Assembly (NCBI GenBank): GCA_963804165.1
Contig: CAWDPO010000033.1
Span: 1-64,000, forward strand
Reading direction: 5' to 3'
Length of the DNA: 64,000 nucleotides
Origin: an uncultured delta proteobacterium
GTDB taxonomy: Bacteria > Desulfobacterota > Binatia > UBA9968
Part shown: piece after piece, positions 1 to 10,224 of the stretch
Numbering within the stretch: position 1 is the stretch's first letter
How the letters are laid out: each line of letters opens with the position of its first letter
Position numbers and translations under genes: made by a program
Notes under the pieces: generated by a model
Databases searched by the model: none
What the model was told of the DNA's origin: nothing
Seen by the model: the letters and a program-made list of their open reading frames with translations, nothing else

Positions 1-426
1 GCCCGCGAACGCGAGCGGCATGGCGTCCCCGGTGGGCAAAGGATTCGATGCGGCGATGGGGGTCATCACGTAAAACGCGACGATCGTGAGCAGCGCACAG
101 ATCATGAGCGTGGGCGCGGTTCCCAGATACGGCGCAGCGACTCTTATGATGCCGATCTTGGCCACGGCGCGATTGAGCACGCGGGGAATGATGACGACTT
201 TCACGACGAGAAGCGTGACGCCAACGCCGAACAATTCGAAGCTGCCGGTGTAAAGCGCGATCAGCATGGAGAGCAGCGCCAGAACGAACGATTGCAGGCC
301 AAATACGCGCACTTGTCTTTCCAGCCTGGCTTGGACAATCAGCAGGATGGTTAAGCCGAGCGCGACAAATGACAGCAGGTTGACGATTTTGGACAGCGCA
401 TCGGATGACATGGCGATTTCACTCAT
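1..426 (-). CDS. hyfE: Hydrogenase-4/Ehr membrane subunit HyfE-like (runs off window start)
   Basis: Own translation MSEIAMSSDALSKIVNLLSFVALGLTILLIVQARLERQVRVFGLQSFVLA...KVVIIPRVL; hydrophobic; ATG overlaps the upstream TGA (ATGA); position follows hyfC. Confidence 0.8.
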   Translation of the reverse strand, partial: MSEIAMSSDALSKIVNLLSFVALGLTILLIVQARLERQVRVFGLQSFVLALLSMLIALYTGSFELFGVGVTLLVVKVVIIPRVLNRAVAKIGIIRVAAPYLGTAPTLMICALLTIVAFYVMTPIAASNPLPTGDAMPLAFAG

Positions 427-1382
427 CTAAGAAAGAAAGCAGTCACGACGGCCAATAACGCGATGGTAAATGATCCGGCTAAGAGTTCTGGCACGCGGAA
501 AAGGCGGAGCTTGGCGACCGCTGTTTCCAGCAAAGCAATCGCCGACGCGAACAGCAAGAGCTTCACCGTGAGCGCAAGAAAAGCGCTGAAGAGAGAAATC
601 GGCGTGTTCACGAGGGCGACGCCCCACGGAAAAAACAGATTCGACAGCAGCGTCAAGAACAAAAACAATTTCATCCCCGCCGCCCATTCCACCAGCGCGA
701 GATGACGGCCGGAGTATTCCAGGATCATTGCTTCGTGAATCATGGTCAGTTCGAGATGAGTCGCCGGATTGTCCACCGGCAAACGCCCGTTTTCCGCCAG
801 CGCCACAATAAACAAGGCGACGAACGCAAGCAGATGACCGGCATTCAACATCAAGAGCGGCTCGGCGGCGAAGCGCGTAATGATCCCATCGAGGTTGGTC
901 GTACCGGCGCGCAGGGCGATGCCGAAAATGGCGATCAACACGGTGGGTTCGGCGAGCGCCGCAATCGCGACCTCACGGCTCGAACCCATGCCGCCAAACG
1001 CGCTGCCGGCATCGAGGCCCGCTAGCGCGAGAAAGAATGTGCCGAGCAAAAAGAGATACATCAAGGCGATGATGTTTCCCATGAAGCCGAGCGGAGCGCG
1101 CGTCGTAAGCACGGGAACGATGAGTGCAGCTAGTAACATCGTCGCCGCGAGCAAGTACGGCGTGAAGCGAAAGATCCAGGAAGTATTTTCCGAAACCACG
1201 ACTTCTTTCAAAAGCAATTTTCGCAGGTCGGCATAGGGCTGAAAAATGGTCGCACCGCGCCGCCCTTGCAGGCGCGCCTTGGCTTTGCGGATCACTCCCA
1301 CGAGCAACGGCGATCCGAATGCAACCAAAAACAATTGGAAGATCTCGATGGTCATTTCCACAAACATAGGTCCGTCCGTCAC
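423..1382 (-). CDS. hyfC: HyfC/HycD (NuoH-like) membrane subunit
   Basis: ARLQGRRGATIFQPYADLRKL, GGMGSSRE and ENGRLPVDNPATHLELTMIHEAMILEYSG motifs; true start may be 1367 or 1355. Confidence 0.9.
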   Translation of the reverse strand: MTDGPMFVEMTIEIFQLFLVAFGSPLLVGVIRKAKARLQGRRGATIFQPYADLRKLLLKEVVVSENTSWIFRFTPYLLAATMLLAALIVPVLTTRAPLGFMGNIIALMYLFLLGTFFLALAGLDAGSAFGGMGSSREVAIAALAEPTVLIAIFGIALRAGTTNLDGIITRFAAEPLLMLNAGHLLAFVALFIVALAENGRLPVDNPATHLELTMIHEAMILEYSGRHLALVEWAAGMKLFLFLTLLSNLFFPWGVALVNTPISLFSAFLALTVKLLLFASAIALLETAVAKLRLFRVPELLAGSFTIALLAVVTAFFLR

Positions 1383-1412
1383 GAATTCGGCATTTGCCGC
1401 CGCAAAGGTTAG

Positions 1413-3446
1413 CTAGGCCGTCACGATCAACAAGACGACGAGCGCAATTAGGATATACACCAGATAACCGTGCACGCTGCCGGACTGTAAGACGCGCGCT
1501 CGGCGCGCCCCTGCTTCGATCATGCGCAGCAGCGGCCTGTAGAGTTTATCCTCAAAAAACAGGTGCCCCGGGTTGTCATAGTCAATCGTGCGCACGAAAT
1601 AGCGCGACTCGGGGTGAAACTCGATATCGAGATCCTTGACCGGACGATAAAGAAGAGCGAACACACGCTTGAACGGATTGGCGAAAGCGGTTGCCGTGTA
1701 TTCAAAGCGCGCCGTCTGCAGCGCGCGCCCGCAACCCCATGTCTCGTAGTAGCGGCGCCGCTTGTTGGCGCCCATCAGGCGCAGCGCGAGCGGAATCGCC
1801 ATAAGAAAAGCCAAAAGCCCGAGTGCGATCCACAACGGCGCGACCCAGCCGAACCCGTCGTTGGCCACGACCGCGCTCCAATCGAATTGCATGTCGGCGT
1901 GCGCGCGTATCAGATCGAAGACCGTCGCCTCGAGTGGCGTCAGAATCACGAACGGCGCGACGCCGAGGGCGACGCACGCGAATGCGAGCAGGGCCATCGG
2001 CGCGCGCATCGTCCATTCGACTTCGCGCGCAAGCGCGGCGGGCTCGCTGCGCGGCAGAGCGAGGAACGTGATGCCGAAAGCCTTGACAAAACAAGCGGCG
2101 GCCAGCCCGCTCGTCAGCGCGAGCGCGGCCACGCCGAGCGCGAAAATCAAATTGACCGTGTGCGCCGAGATTTGAAAACTCAACAGCAGTGATTGGAACG
2201 TCAGCCATTCACTGATGAATCCGTTGAATGGCGGGAGGGCGGAAATCGCTACCGAGCCGATCAGAAAGAACACGGCGGTTTGCGGCATGCGTTTGATGAG
2301 GCCGCCCAGCTCTTCCATGTTGCGCGTATGAGTCGCGTGCACGACAGCGCCCGCGCCCATGAAGAGCAGACTCTTGAACGCCGCATGGTTGAGCGTGTGA
2401 TACAACGCTGCAATCAGCGCGAGCGCAGCGAGCGCTTCCAGGCCATGCGCCTGGAACAACATTCCCGTGCCTAGACCGAGCAAGATAATACCGATGTTTT
2501 CGACGCTGTGATAAGCGAGTAGTCGTTTCAAATCGTGCTCGACCAGAGCGTACAACACGCCAAGCACCGCCGAGACTGCTCCCACGATGAGCATCGTCGC
2601 TCCCCACCACACCGGTCCGGTTCCCAACCAATCAAAAGCGACGCGCACCAGGCCGTAGATGCCGAGCTTGATCATCACGCCGGACATCAGCGCTGAGACG
2701 TGACTTGGCGCCGCTGGATGAGCGCGCGGCAGCCAGATATGCAACGGAATCGCGCCGGCCTTCGACGCGAAGCCGACGGTAAGCAGAACAAATACCAAAT
2801 TGCGAGAGCTCGAGTCGATCCTGCTCGCCGCAGTTCCCCATTCGGGAAAGACGGCTGTCCCGGTCGCCTGTGCCAGCAGTAGGAACCCGACGAACAGAGC
2901 GGCGAATCCGGCGTGGGTCATGACAAAGTACACCCAGCCTGCGTTCAGAGTTTCTTCGTGCCGGCTCTCTGTGATCACCAAAAAGTACGATGCCAGCGAC
3001 ATCACTTCCCAGAGCACAAGAAACGTGAGCACGTTGCGCGCTAGCGGCACGAGGATCATCGCGGCGACAAAAACATTGAACGCAAATGTCATTCCCGCGA
3101 GCGAATGTTTGCCTGCGTATTCCCGCGTGTAGCCGATTGCATACAACGCGGCCGGGATAGCGCCGACGGCAATGACGACAACAAAAAATGCGCTCAGACG
3201 GTCAACGCCAAGAGCCGCGCCGCCGATCGGTAACAAATCGGGAAGATTGAGCTGCATGTTTCCGCCGGCGAGTCCGGCGAGGCCGAATGCCAACGCGGCG
3301 ATGGCGCCGATCAACGCTGCTCCATGTCCGAAGATGCGCGCAAGCATTGGCCAGCGCACCGTGATTAGCGCCCCAATCGCGCCTACTCCGAAGCAGGTGA
3401 GACTGAAACCGAACAAGTCCAGCATCAGCGCCGTATCAATGACCAT
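1413..3446 (-). CDS. hyfB: HyfB-like proton-translocating antiporter-type subunit
   Basis: PLHIWLPRAHPAAPSHVSALMSGVMIK, LKRLLAYHSVENIG, ALPPFNGFISEW and TWGCG motifs. Confidence 0.92.
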   Translation of the reverse strand: MVIDTALMLDLFGFSLTCFGVGAIGALITVRWPMLARIFGHGAALIGAIAALAFGLAGLAGGNMQLNLPDLLPIGGAALGVDRLSAFFVVVIAVGAIPAALYAIGYTREYAGKHSLAGMTFAFNVFVAAMILVPLARNVLTFLVLWEVMSLASYFLVITESRHEETLNAGWVYFVMTHAGFAALFVGFLLLAQATGTAVFPEWGTAASRIDSSSRNLVFVLLTVGFASKAGAIPLHIWLPRAHPAAPSHVSALMSGVMIKLGIYGLVRVAFDWLGTGPVWWGATMLIVGAVSAVLGVLYALVEHDLKRLLAYHSVENIGIILLGLGTGMLFQAHGLEALAALALIAALYHTLNHAAFKSLLFMGAGAVVHATHTRNMEELGGLIKRMPQTAVFFLIGSVAISALPPFNGFISEWLTFQSLLLSFQISAHTVNLIFALGVAALALTSGLAAACFVKAFGITFLALPRSEPAALAREVEWTMRAPMALLAFACVALGVAPFVILTPLEATVFDLIRAHADMQFDWSAVVANDGFGWVAPLWIALGLLAFLMAIPLALRLMGANKRRRYYETWGCGRALQTARFEYTATAFANPFKRVFALLYRPVKDLDIEFHPESRYFVRTIDYDNPGHLFFEDKLYRPLLRMIEAGARRARVLQSGSVHGYLVYILIALVVLLIVTA

Positions 3447-3515
3447 GGCGAGTATTCAAAGGCGATGGTTGGTGACGAGCCCCGCTGGATAAGAGAATGA
3501 GGCTGGAAAGATGTT

Positions 3516-4031
3516 TCATCCCCGTTTTTCCAGTGCGGTGAGGATGCCCAGCAAGATCGCGCGCGGCTCCGGTGGACAGCCGTGCACGACGGCGTCCACG
3601 GGCAAAATCGCCGAGACCGGTCCGACCACGCCGTATCCGCCGGCGAAGACGCCGCAATCATGGGCACAGTCACCGACCGCGACAACGATTTTCGGCGCGG
3701 GCGTCGCTTCATAGGTGCGCTTGAGTGGGTCTGCCATGTTGCGCGTTACCGGGCCGGTCACGAGCAGGCAATCGGCATGGCGCGGCGAGGCGACGAAATG
3801 GATGCCGAAGCGTTCGACATCGTAGTAGGGATTGTTCAGTGCGCCGATCTCCAACTCGCAGCCGTTACACGAGCCCGCGTCGACTTCGCGAATGTGTAAA
3901 GATCGGCCGAAACGCTTGCGTGCGCTCTTATCAATTTGCCGCGCGATGACTTCAATTTGGCTGTCGTCGCTTGGTTTTAAAACTTCGGTGACGACAGGTG
4001 TTTTCAAAATATATTCAAACAAAGATGCCAT
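3516..4031 (-). CDS. hyfI: HyfI/HycG (NuoB-like) Fe-S small subunit
   Basis: EVDAGSCNGCELE, ASPRHAD, AVGDCA and GCPPEP motifs. Confidence 0.9.
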   Translation of the reverse strand: MASLFEYILKTPVVTEVLKPSDDSQIEVIARQIDKSARKRFGRSLHIREVDAGSCNGCELEIGALNNPYYDVERFGIHFVASPRHADCLLVTGPVTRNMADPLKRTYEATPAPKIVVAVGDCAHDCGVFAGGYGVVGPVSAILPVDAVVHGCPPEPRAILLGILTALEKRG

Positions 4032-4097
4032 CGGTTCGGTTTTACGCTATCGGATTGCCTAAATGCTTATCCACACGATTGCTTTATGACAGCAGCA

Positions 4098-4442
4098 CTA
4101 GTTGCGTCCCTGCTTGCGCAACTCCCGCAGCATGGATTGGGTATCTTTCAGGTGGTTCTCGAATATGAGGCGAGCAATCTTGAGTAGATCTCCGACTAGA
4201 GGATCCCGGATTGCGTACTTAACCGTCGTACCGAGTTTTCGAGAGGCAACGATATTTTTGCCTCGTAGCACGGCAAGCTGCTGCGAGACTAACGGCTGGT
4301 CAACTTTGAGTTCGTCCTGCAGCTCCTGAACGCTTCGATCGCCGTCAGAAAGAATCTCAAGAATGCGGATCCTAATAGGATGGGCCAGGGCCCGGAAGAA
4401 TTCTGTTTTGAAGATCTGCAGCTGGCCACCGACATCTGACAT
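4098..4442 (-). CDS. ArsR/SmtB family regulator, Rv0081-like, no Cys
   Basis: FFRALAHPIRIRILEIL...VSQQLAVLR wHTH; directly upstream of the hyf-like operon. Confidence 0.9.
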   Translation of the reverse strand: MSDVGGQLQIFKTEFFRALAHPIRIRILEILSDGDRSVQELQDELKVDQPLVSQQLAVLRGKNIVASRKLGTTVKYAIRDPLVGDLLKIARLIFENHLKDTQSMLRELRKQGRN

Positions 4443-4463
4443 ATTCGAATATTACTATATAGT
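4441..4463. promoter_or_regulatory. Palindrome ATATTCGAATAT overlapping the ArsR start; candidate operator / leaderless promoter
   Basis: Perfect 12-bp palindrome at 4441-4452; TATAGT -10-like hexamer just upstream on the minus strand; no SD visible. Confidence 0.45.
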
Positions 4464-4504
4464 GTGCATAGAATCAACTAACCTCTGCGGCCACTTGTAC
4501 CTGT

Positions 4505-6259
4505 TCATAAGTTTGCTGGATCCGTTAAATTCTCTCTCATCACTGGATTCTTGGCCTGCCACCGTTTCTCCAGGAAATCCTCAACCTCTAACCCCGTGCT
4601 CATGGTGAGCGCCTGCCAGGCCATTTTTTCAGCTTCCGCAAGCGAGATGGACCGGATAATATTTTTGACCTCTAATATCTCCGTTGGCACCACGCTGAAG
4701 CTTCTTAGACCTAATCCCAAAAGAAGCTCGATATAAAAAGGATCTCCGGCGATTTCTCCACAAATGGTAAGTTCATTCCTTTCCGGGTTGATCGCTTTTA
4801 TGACCGAGCGAATGATCTTTAGCAGCGCGGGATGAGCAGGGTGATAATACGGCTCCATGGCGGGATCGCCACGGTCCGCGACGAGGATATACTGCACCAG
4901 ATCGTTCGTGCCCAGGCTGAAAAAATCCACTTCTCTCCCCAACGCTCTCACCATCAACGCGGCTGCCGGGGTCTCGATCATCACCCCAAGTCGAATGGAG
5001 GGATTAAAACGCCGTCCTTCCGACTTGAAGGATTCCTTGATTGATTCTAGAAGGTGGCGGACTTCTCTCACTTCATTCAAGCCTGTTATCATCGGAATGA
5101 GGATCGACACGGGATGATCGGCGCTCGCGCGTATTATCGCGCGCAGCTGATTTTCCAGGATGTTGTGATGCTTCAGCAGCAGCCTTATCCCTCGTTCGGA
5201 CAACGCAGGATTTTGCGTTTGGGGAAGCGGAAAATAAGGTAGCCCCTTGTCCGCCCCCAAATCCAGCAGGCGAACCGTAACCGGTCGCGGATGGAACTGT
5301 TCTGCGACGTTTTTCAGAATCCCGTATTGTTCGTCTTCCGTTGGGAAATGACTCCGTATTAGAAAGCCAAATTCGGTTCGAAAGAGGCCGATCCCGTCGG
5401 CCTTGAATAGCAGTGCCGCGTCTACATCGGCTGTCTTGCCAATGTTGGCGAGCAATTTCACCGTGACCCCGTCACGAGTGCAGGCGGGAAGATCCACAAG
5501 GGCTTTCAACGTCTCCCGAGCAGTCTGGAAATCGAGTTCGAGCTTTTCGTATTCCCGTGCTATCGACTCATTGGGATTAATGAACACCAGGCCCGCTGAA
5601 CCGTCCACTATCAGCAGATCTCTTGTACGTATATTGGAGGTAGCGTCGTGGATATCGGATACGACCGGGATTCCTAGGGAACGCGCCAGAATCGCAGCGT
5701 GGCCCATCTTTCCGCCTCGCCCTGTCACGACCGCCCGCACCTTTGAAAATTCAAGATCGGCTATCAGTGATGGCAGCAGTTCGTCGGCGACAATAATGGT
5801 CCCTTCCGGAATCGCGTGGCCATGGCTGGGGGTTTGAGAGGCTAGAATGGAAAGAATCCGGCGACCCACGTCGCGAATGTCGGCGGCCCGCTCACGGATA
5901 TAAGGATCTTGCATCAATACGAACGCCTGGGAAGCCTGGGCAATCACCTGGCTCAAAGCGCCTTCCACATTCATGCGTTGCGTTTCGATCAAGAGGGAAA
6001 CCCTCTGAAGAAAGTACGAATCATTGAGGATGAGAGCTTGGGCGGTGAACACCTCTGCGGCCTGAGAACCGATACCCTCTCGAACCTTTTTATGCAGGGC
6101 CGAGAGCTGGCTCTCAGACTCATGGAGGGCATCTCGAAAACGAGAAAGCTCCCGGCTCGTTTCTCCTTCTTCGATCGAACCAGATTGCACGGACTGGGAC
6201 GTCATAACGTACGCCGATCCCCGACCTATGCCACGCGACACGGCAGTCCCTTTGATCAC
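4505..6259 (-). CDS. ptsI: Phosphoenolpyruvate-protein phosphotransferase (PTS Enzyme I), no GAF domain
   Basis: GGKMGHAAILARSLGIP (phospho-His motif), GIGLFRTEF, DLGADK, FFSLGTNDLVQY, ICGEIAGD; 584 aa. Confidence 0.93.
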   Translation of the reverse strand: MIKGTAVSRGIGRGSAYVMTSQSVQSGSIEEGETSRELSRFRDALHESESQLSALHKKVREGIGSQAAEVFTAQALILNDSYFLQRVSLLIETQRMNVEGALSQVIAQASQAFVLMQDPYIRERAADIRDVGRRILSILASQTPSHGHAIPEGTIIVADELLPSLIADLEFSKVRAVVTGRGGKMGHAAILARSLGIPVVSDIHDATSNIRTRDLLIVDGSAGLVFINPNESIAREYEKLELDFQTARETLKALVDLPACTRDGVTVKLLANIGKTADVDAALLFKADGIGLFRTEFGFLIRSHFPTEDEQYGILKNVAEQFHPRPVTVRLLDLGADKGLPYFPLPQTQNPALSERGIRLLLKHHNILENQLRAIIRASADHPVSILIPMITGLNEVREVRHLLESIKESFKSEGRRFNPSIRLGVMIETPAAALMVRALGREVDFFSLGTNDLVQYILVADRGDPAMEPYYHPAHPALLKIIRSVIKAINPERNELTICGEIAGDPFYIELLLGLGLRSFSVVPTEILEVKNIIRSISLAEAEKMAWQALTMSTGLEVEDFLEKRWQAKNPVMRENLTDPANL

Positions 6260-6286
6260 GTTTTATCCTCTTCTGTCCGAAGATCA

Positions 6287-6295
6287 ATTATAACA
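6287..6295 (-). promoter_or_regulatory. Extended -10 element (TGnTATAAT) upstream of ptsI
   Basis: Minus strand reads TGTTATAAT about 28 nt before the GTG start; AGAGGA SD follows. Confidence 0.5.
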
Positions 6296-6524
6296 AGATC
6301 CCGGACCAGCTGATATCCGTAAAGCAGTTGGTAGTAGCTTCTTAAGGTCAAACTTCACCGGCGCGGAATAATGAAGAGACCGACTGTCGCCAAGACTGCA
6401 AGTCCGCTTCCCGCAAGGAACGGAGCAGGGCCGTAATCGGCGAGCCGACGGGTAGGTTGTAACAGTGAGAATTCAACCGTTAAAGAGGGTGTTAAGCAAT
6501 TCGTAAGATAGCGCAATGGAAAAA

Positions 6525-6806
6525 CTACCAGCGGTCACGCCTGGGCCCTTCCCGTCTTACCTGAGGCCTTGCCTCATTGACAACGAGGGTCCGGCCTTCG
6601 AGGTCCGTGCCATTCAGGGCCTCGATGGCCTTCTTGGCCTCTTCTGATGAGGCCATTTCGACAAAGCCAAAGCCTCGGGACTTTCCGCTGAACTTATCAG
6701 AGATCACGTGAGCTGAAAGTACAGAGCCATGCTTGGAAAAGATCTCTTCCAACTGCCCTTCGGTTACTGAATACGGCAGACCGCCTACGTAGAGCTTATT
6801 ACTCAT
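6525..6806 (-). CDS. RRM (RNP-1) RNA-binding protein
   Basis: KLYVGGL (RNP2), SRGFGFVEM (RNP1), LVVNEARP; GGAGG SD. Confidence 0.95.
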   Translation of the reverse strand: MSNKLYVGGLPYSVTEGQLEEIFSKHGSVLSAHVISDKFSGKSRGFGFVEMASSEEAKKAIEALNGTDLEGRTLVVNEARPQVRREGPRRDRW

Positions 6807-6849
6807 ATTTTATTTACCTCCATTCCTTCATCTAAGGCCTCCGACGATC

Positions 6850-6915
6850 GCAAATCCAAAATTCATTTTATGATCCTGTCCGCCCGCATTCCAATTTTAG
6901 ATTTTGGATTTCGCA
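6850..6915. repeat. AAAATC-type iterated heptamer inverted repeat
   Basis: CAAATCCAAAATT ... AATTTTAGATTTTGGATTT immediately after the SBP stop. Confidence 0.6.
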
Positions 6916-6916
6916 A

Positions 6917-8005
6917 TCACCGTATGACTTTGTCGGCTCTAGCTAAGACATTCGGCGGAATCGTAAGGCCGATCTGCTTCGCCGTCTTCAGATTGATCAC
7001 CAGGTCTAGCTTTGTGGGACGCTCGACAGGCAGCTCGCCAGCCTTTGCTCCTCTGAGGATCTTGTCTACGAGGCGCGCGGCCTCGTGGGCAATCTGGGCA
7101 TCGCTCGCGCCGTAGCTGGCAAGAGCGTCCGCGGTGCTTCCCATGCGCGCATGAAATATTGCGGGGAGACGTTTTGAATTGGTCAAACGGGTGATCTCGT
7201 CGTAAAAGCCGGTGGGGAAGCCGCCGGGAATAGAAAGATACGCATCGGCCTCCGCGATCGCCTCTAGTCCTCTCAGCAACTCCTCCCGTCCCCGCGCCTC
7301 GCGCTCGATCAGTGTCAAGCCAAGATTCGGCGCGGCCAGGCGCGCTGCCATGAGTCCCTGTCGGGGCGAAGGATCTCTTGGATCATAGACAGCGAGGACG
7401 CGCCGTACTCGCGGCGCTATCTCTTTGACAAGCTCAAGACGTTTTCCTGAAAGCTCGGGATATTCGAAAGTCATGGCAGTGGTGTTGCCTCCCGGCCGGG
7501 CCAAGCTTGCAACTAACCCGGCGGCAACCGGATCGCCTGGCGTGATAAAAATCACGGGTACCTCGGCTGATGCCTCTCGGACAGGCTTGAGGAGCCTAGA
7601 GCCAATCAGGAAGAGAACCTGTGTTTTCTGCCGTAGCAAACCTTCCACTACGGACTTCGCGGATTTTTCTTCTGCTCTCGCCACCTTTATTTCCTGAATG
7701 ACAAGCGATGGCGGCGCGTACCCAAGCTCGCCAAGACCGTTTTTGAGACCCGCCACGACCTCTGAGAATCTAGGCTCCTCGGGAGCGCCAATGACGGCGA
7801 TCCTGGGTTTCTTCGTCTGCTGCGCCTCGGCCATTCCCACGGACACAGCGAGGAAGACAAGGGTTGCAAGAAACCCGGCCAATTTTAGATTTTGGACGCC
7901 TGGACGGTGTCTACCCTGAGCACAGCCGAAGGGCTCAGTACAGACTTTCGATTTCCGATTGTGGGAATGAGAACTCCAGAAACGAATCCAAAACGCGTTA
8001 CTCAT
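6917..8005 (-). CDS. ABC transporter substrate-binding protein (ABC_sub_bind family)
   Basis: AEAQQ signal cleavage, GDPVAAGLVASLARPGGN, KRLELVKE, ERPTKLDLVINLKTAKQIGLTIPPNVLARADKVIR. Confidence 0.9.
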   Translation of the reverse strand: MSNAFWIRFWSSHSHNRKSKVCTEPFGCAQGRHRPGVQNLKLAGFLATLVFLAVSVGMAEAQQTKKPRIAVIGAPEEPRFSEVVAGLKNGLGELGYAPPSLVIQEIKVARAEEKSAKSVVEGLLRQKTQVLFLIGSRLLKPVREASAEVPVIFITPGDPVAAGLVASLARPGGNTTAMTFEYPELSGKRLELVKEIAPRVRRVLAVYDPRDPSPRQGLMAARLAAPNLGLTLIEREARGREELLRGLEAIAEADAYLSIPGGFPTGFYDEITRLTNSKRLPAIFHARMGSTADALASYGASDAQIAHEAARLVDKILRGAKAGELPVERPTKLDLVINLKTAKQIGLTIPPNVLARADKVIR

Positions 8006-8036
8006 GGTTTTTTCTTCAATCGAAAATCCAAAATCG
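7881..8036. repeat. AAAATC-type inverted repeat over the SBP 5' end, with a nested REP-like hairpin (about 7908-7945)
   Basis: AATTTTAGATTTTGG ... AATCGAAAATCCAAAATCG; nested CTGAGC-acagccgaagg-GCTCAG. Confidence 0.6.
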
Positions 8037-8270
8037 TCTCCGACTTTAAACGTGAACCATCTTGGCGGCTCGTTCCGACGTGTACTTTTGAAACTCCTCT
8101 AGCGATCCGAGCGAGGACGTTTTTTCACATTGCACGCCATTTCATTCTTTTGACGGCCAGTGTTTTTTCAGTGTGACGAAACTGAAGGAGTAAGTGTGTG
8201 AGTGTCGTATGAATATTTGAGGTAGTTCCATTATCCACGTTTTCTCCGGCGGTCGACCTAGCATTCCTCT

Positions 8271-10029
8271 TTAATGAACTCTGTCTGCAGCGGCCTTGAT
8301 CCCAAGATTTCGATCCTGCGGCAAATAATCCTCCTCGACTTCAGGAGAGCTGTACTCGTAGGCGCCGCGGTAGACTACCGGCTGGACCGCGAAATTTCCG
8401 TGTGGTGGCGGCGATGGCGCGGTCCATTCGAGAGTATTTGCCTGCCACGGGTTGCGTTCCGCTTTTTTCCCGGCGACTAGACTCCAGACAAAATTAAAAA
8501 GGAAAAAGATCTGACTCGCTCCGAGAATCAAAGCGCTGACGGTAATAAAAACATTCCAATGCTGCATCGGCTGCAGAAACTCATACTGAGTTGGGTTGTA
8601 AATCCGCCGCATATGGCCGGCCACGCCGAGAAAATGCATCGGAAAGAAAGCTCCATTGAAAAAGATATAGGTCAACACGAAATGAATTTTGGCGAGAGGC
8701 TCATTCATCATGCGGCCGAACATTTTCGGGAACCAATAATAGACCGCGGCGAACAACGCGAAAATGATGCCCGCGACGACGTAATGAAAGTGGGCCACAA
8801 TGTAATAAGTGTCATGGATAAAAATGTCGACAGGCGTAGAAGCCATGAAAATACCGCTGAGACCGCCGATCAAAAAATTTGAGACAAATCCCAATGCAAA
8901 AAGCATCGGCGAGGTCAGGCGAATAGTTCCACCCCAGAGCGTGCCCAGCCAGTTGAAAACTTTGATGGCCGACGGTACCGCAATCACCATCGTCGTCATC
9001 ATAAAGGCTGTGCCGAGGAGCGGGTTCATGCCGCTCACGAACATGTGATGTCCCCAGACGGTGAATGAGAGAAAAGCGATCGAGATCATGGAGAAGGCCA
9101 TCGCATGATAGCCGAAGACGGGCTTGCGGGAAAATGTGGATAGAAGATCGGAAGTCACCCCCATCGCGGGCAACACCAACACATAGACTTCGGGATGGCC
9201 GAAGAACCAGAAGAGGTGCTGCCACAATAATGGTTGGCCACCACCCTCCGGCAGAAAGAAACTCGTGCCCATCATGTGGTCGAAAAAGCAGCATGGCTAA
9301 CGCCGCCGTCAACACCGGTAATGCAAGCAGCAGTAGAATCGCCGTGATGAAAAGGGACCATACGGTCAAAGGCATGCGGAAGTAGGTCATGCCGGGCGCT
9401 CGCATGTTGACGATCGTCGTAATGTAGTTGATGGAACCCATCAATGACGAAACGCCGAGAATCAAGATACTGATAACCCACAGATTCTGTCCCCAATCGA
9501 CACCGGTGAATTGAGGTCTGGCCGAGAGGGGAGCGTATCCTGTCCAACCCGCCGCGGAAGGCCCTCCAGGAACCAAGAAACTCGACAGTAGCACCACGCC
9601 GGCCACGGCAAGGACCCAGAAAGACATCATATTCAGTTTTGGGAAGGCCATGTCGCGGGTGCCGATCATCAAGGGGATCAGGAAGTTGCCAAAGCAGCCC
9701 ACCATAATTGGCATCACTACGAAAAAGATCATTATGGTCGCGTGCATGGTAAAAAGCGCGTTGTAGGTCTGGGGCGGAATCACACCGTCGTACATGTAAG
9801 GTTCGGGAATCCAACTGAACCCAGGGACAGCCGTCTCTGGCCACGCCAATTCCCAGCGCACCATCATCGCCAGCAGGCCTCCGATCAAGAGCATGAAAAA
9901 CCCGAGGAATAGAAACTGGCGACCGATCATTTTGTGATCTAACGAAAAAATATAGGTGCGCCAAAAACCGAGCTTTGGCTGGTGGGCATGTGTCAGCAAT
10001 GCGGCTTCGCTCGCGACAGAAGGACTCAT
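8271..10029 (-). CDS. ctaD: Heme-copper oxidase subunit I, type A1; one frameshift at the A-run 9283-9287
   Basis: [44 protein letters not shown]; removing one base restores LLFDHMMGT. Confidence 0.9.
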
Positions 10030-10224
10030 TTTTGCCTACTTTCCATAAGCTTCAGAGAGGATGCTGTTTCACCTTAACGGAAGATGCACTAACCAAGAAT
10101 AATAAATCAGACCACACGTTGAAAAACTAACAAGCATAAAAAGGATATTATCTTTGCCTTTCATTGCCCTTGAGAACCAGCTTCAATTATAGGCACGCGA
10201 TTCTCTCACCTGTGTTTCGTGGCT

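Noticed and set aside
1-4031. Functional NiFe hydrogenase / formate hydrogenlyase
   Set aside because: The catalytic large subunit and maturases are not in the window, so it cannot be claimed.
4505-6259. Nitrogen-PTS PtsP
   Set aside because: There is no N-terminal GAF domain; the length matches plain Enzyme I.
6355-6440. Minus-strand fragment YGPAPFLAGSGLAVLATVGLFIIPRR resembling an MFS C-terminus
   Set aside because: Too short and has no start; cannot be supported without a search.
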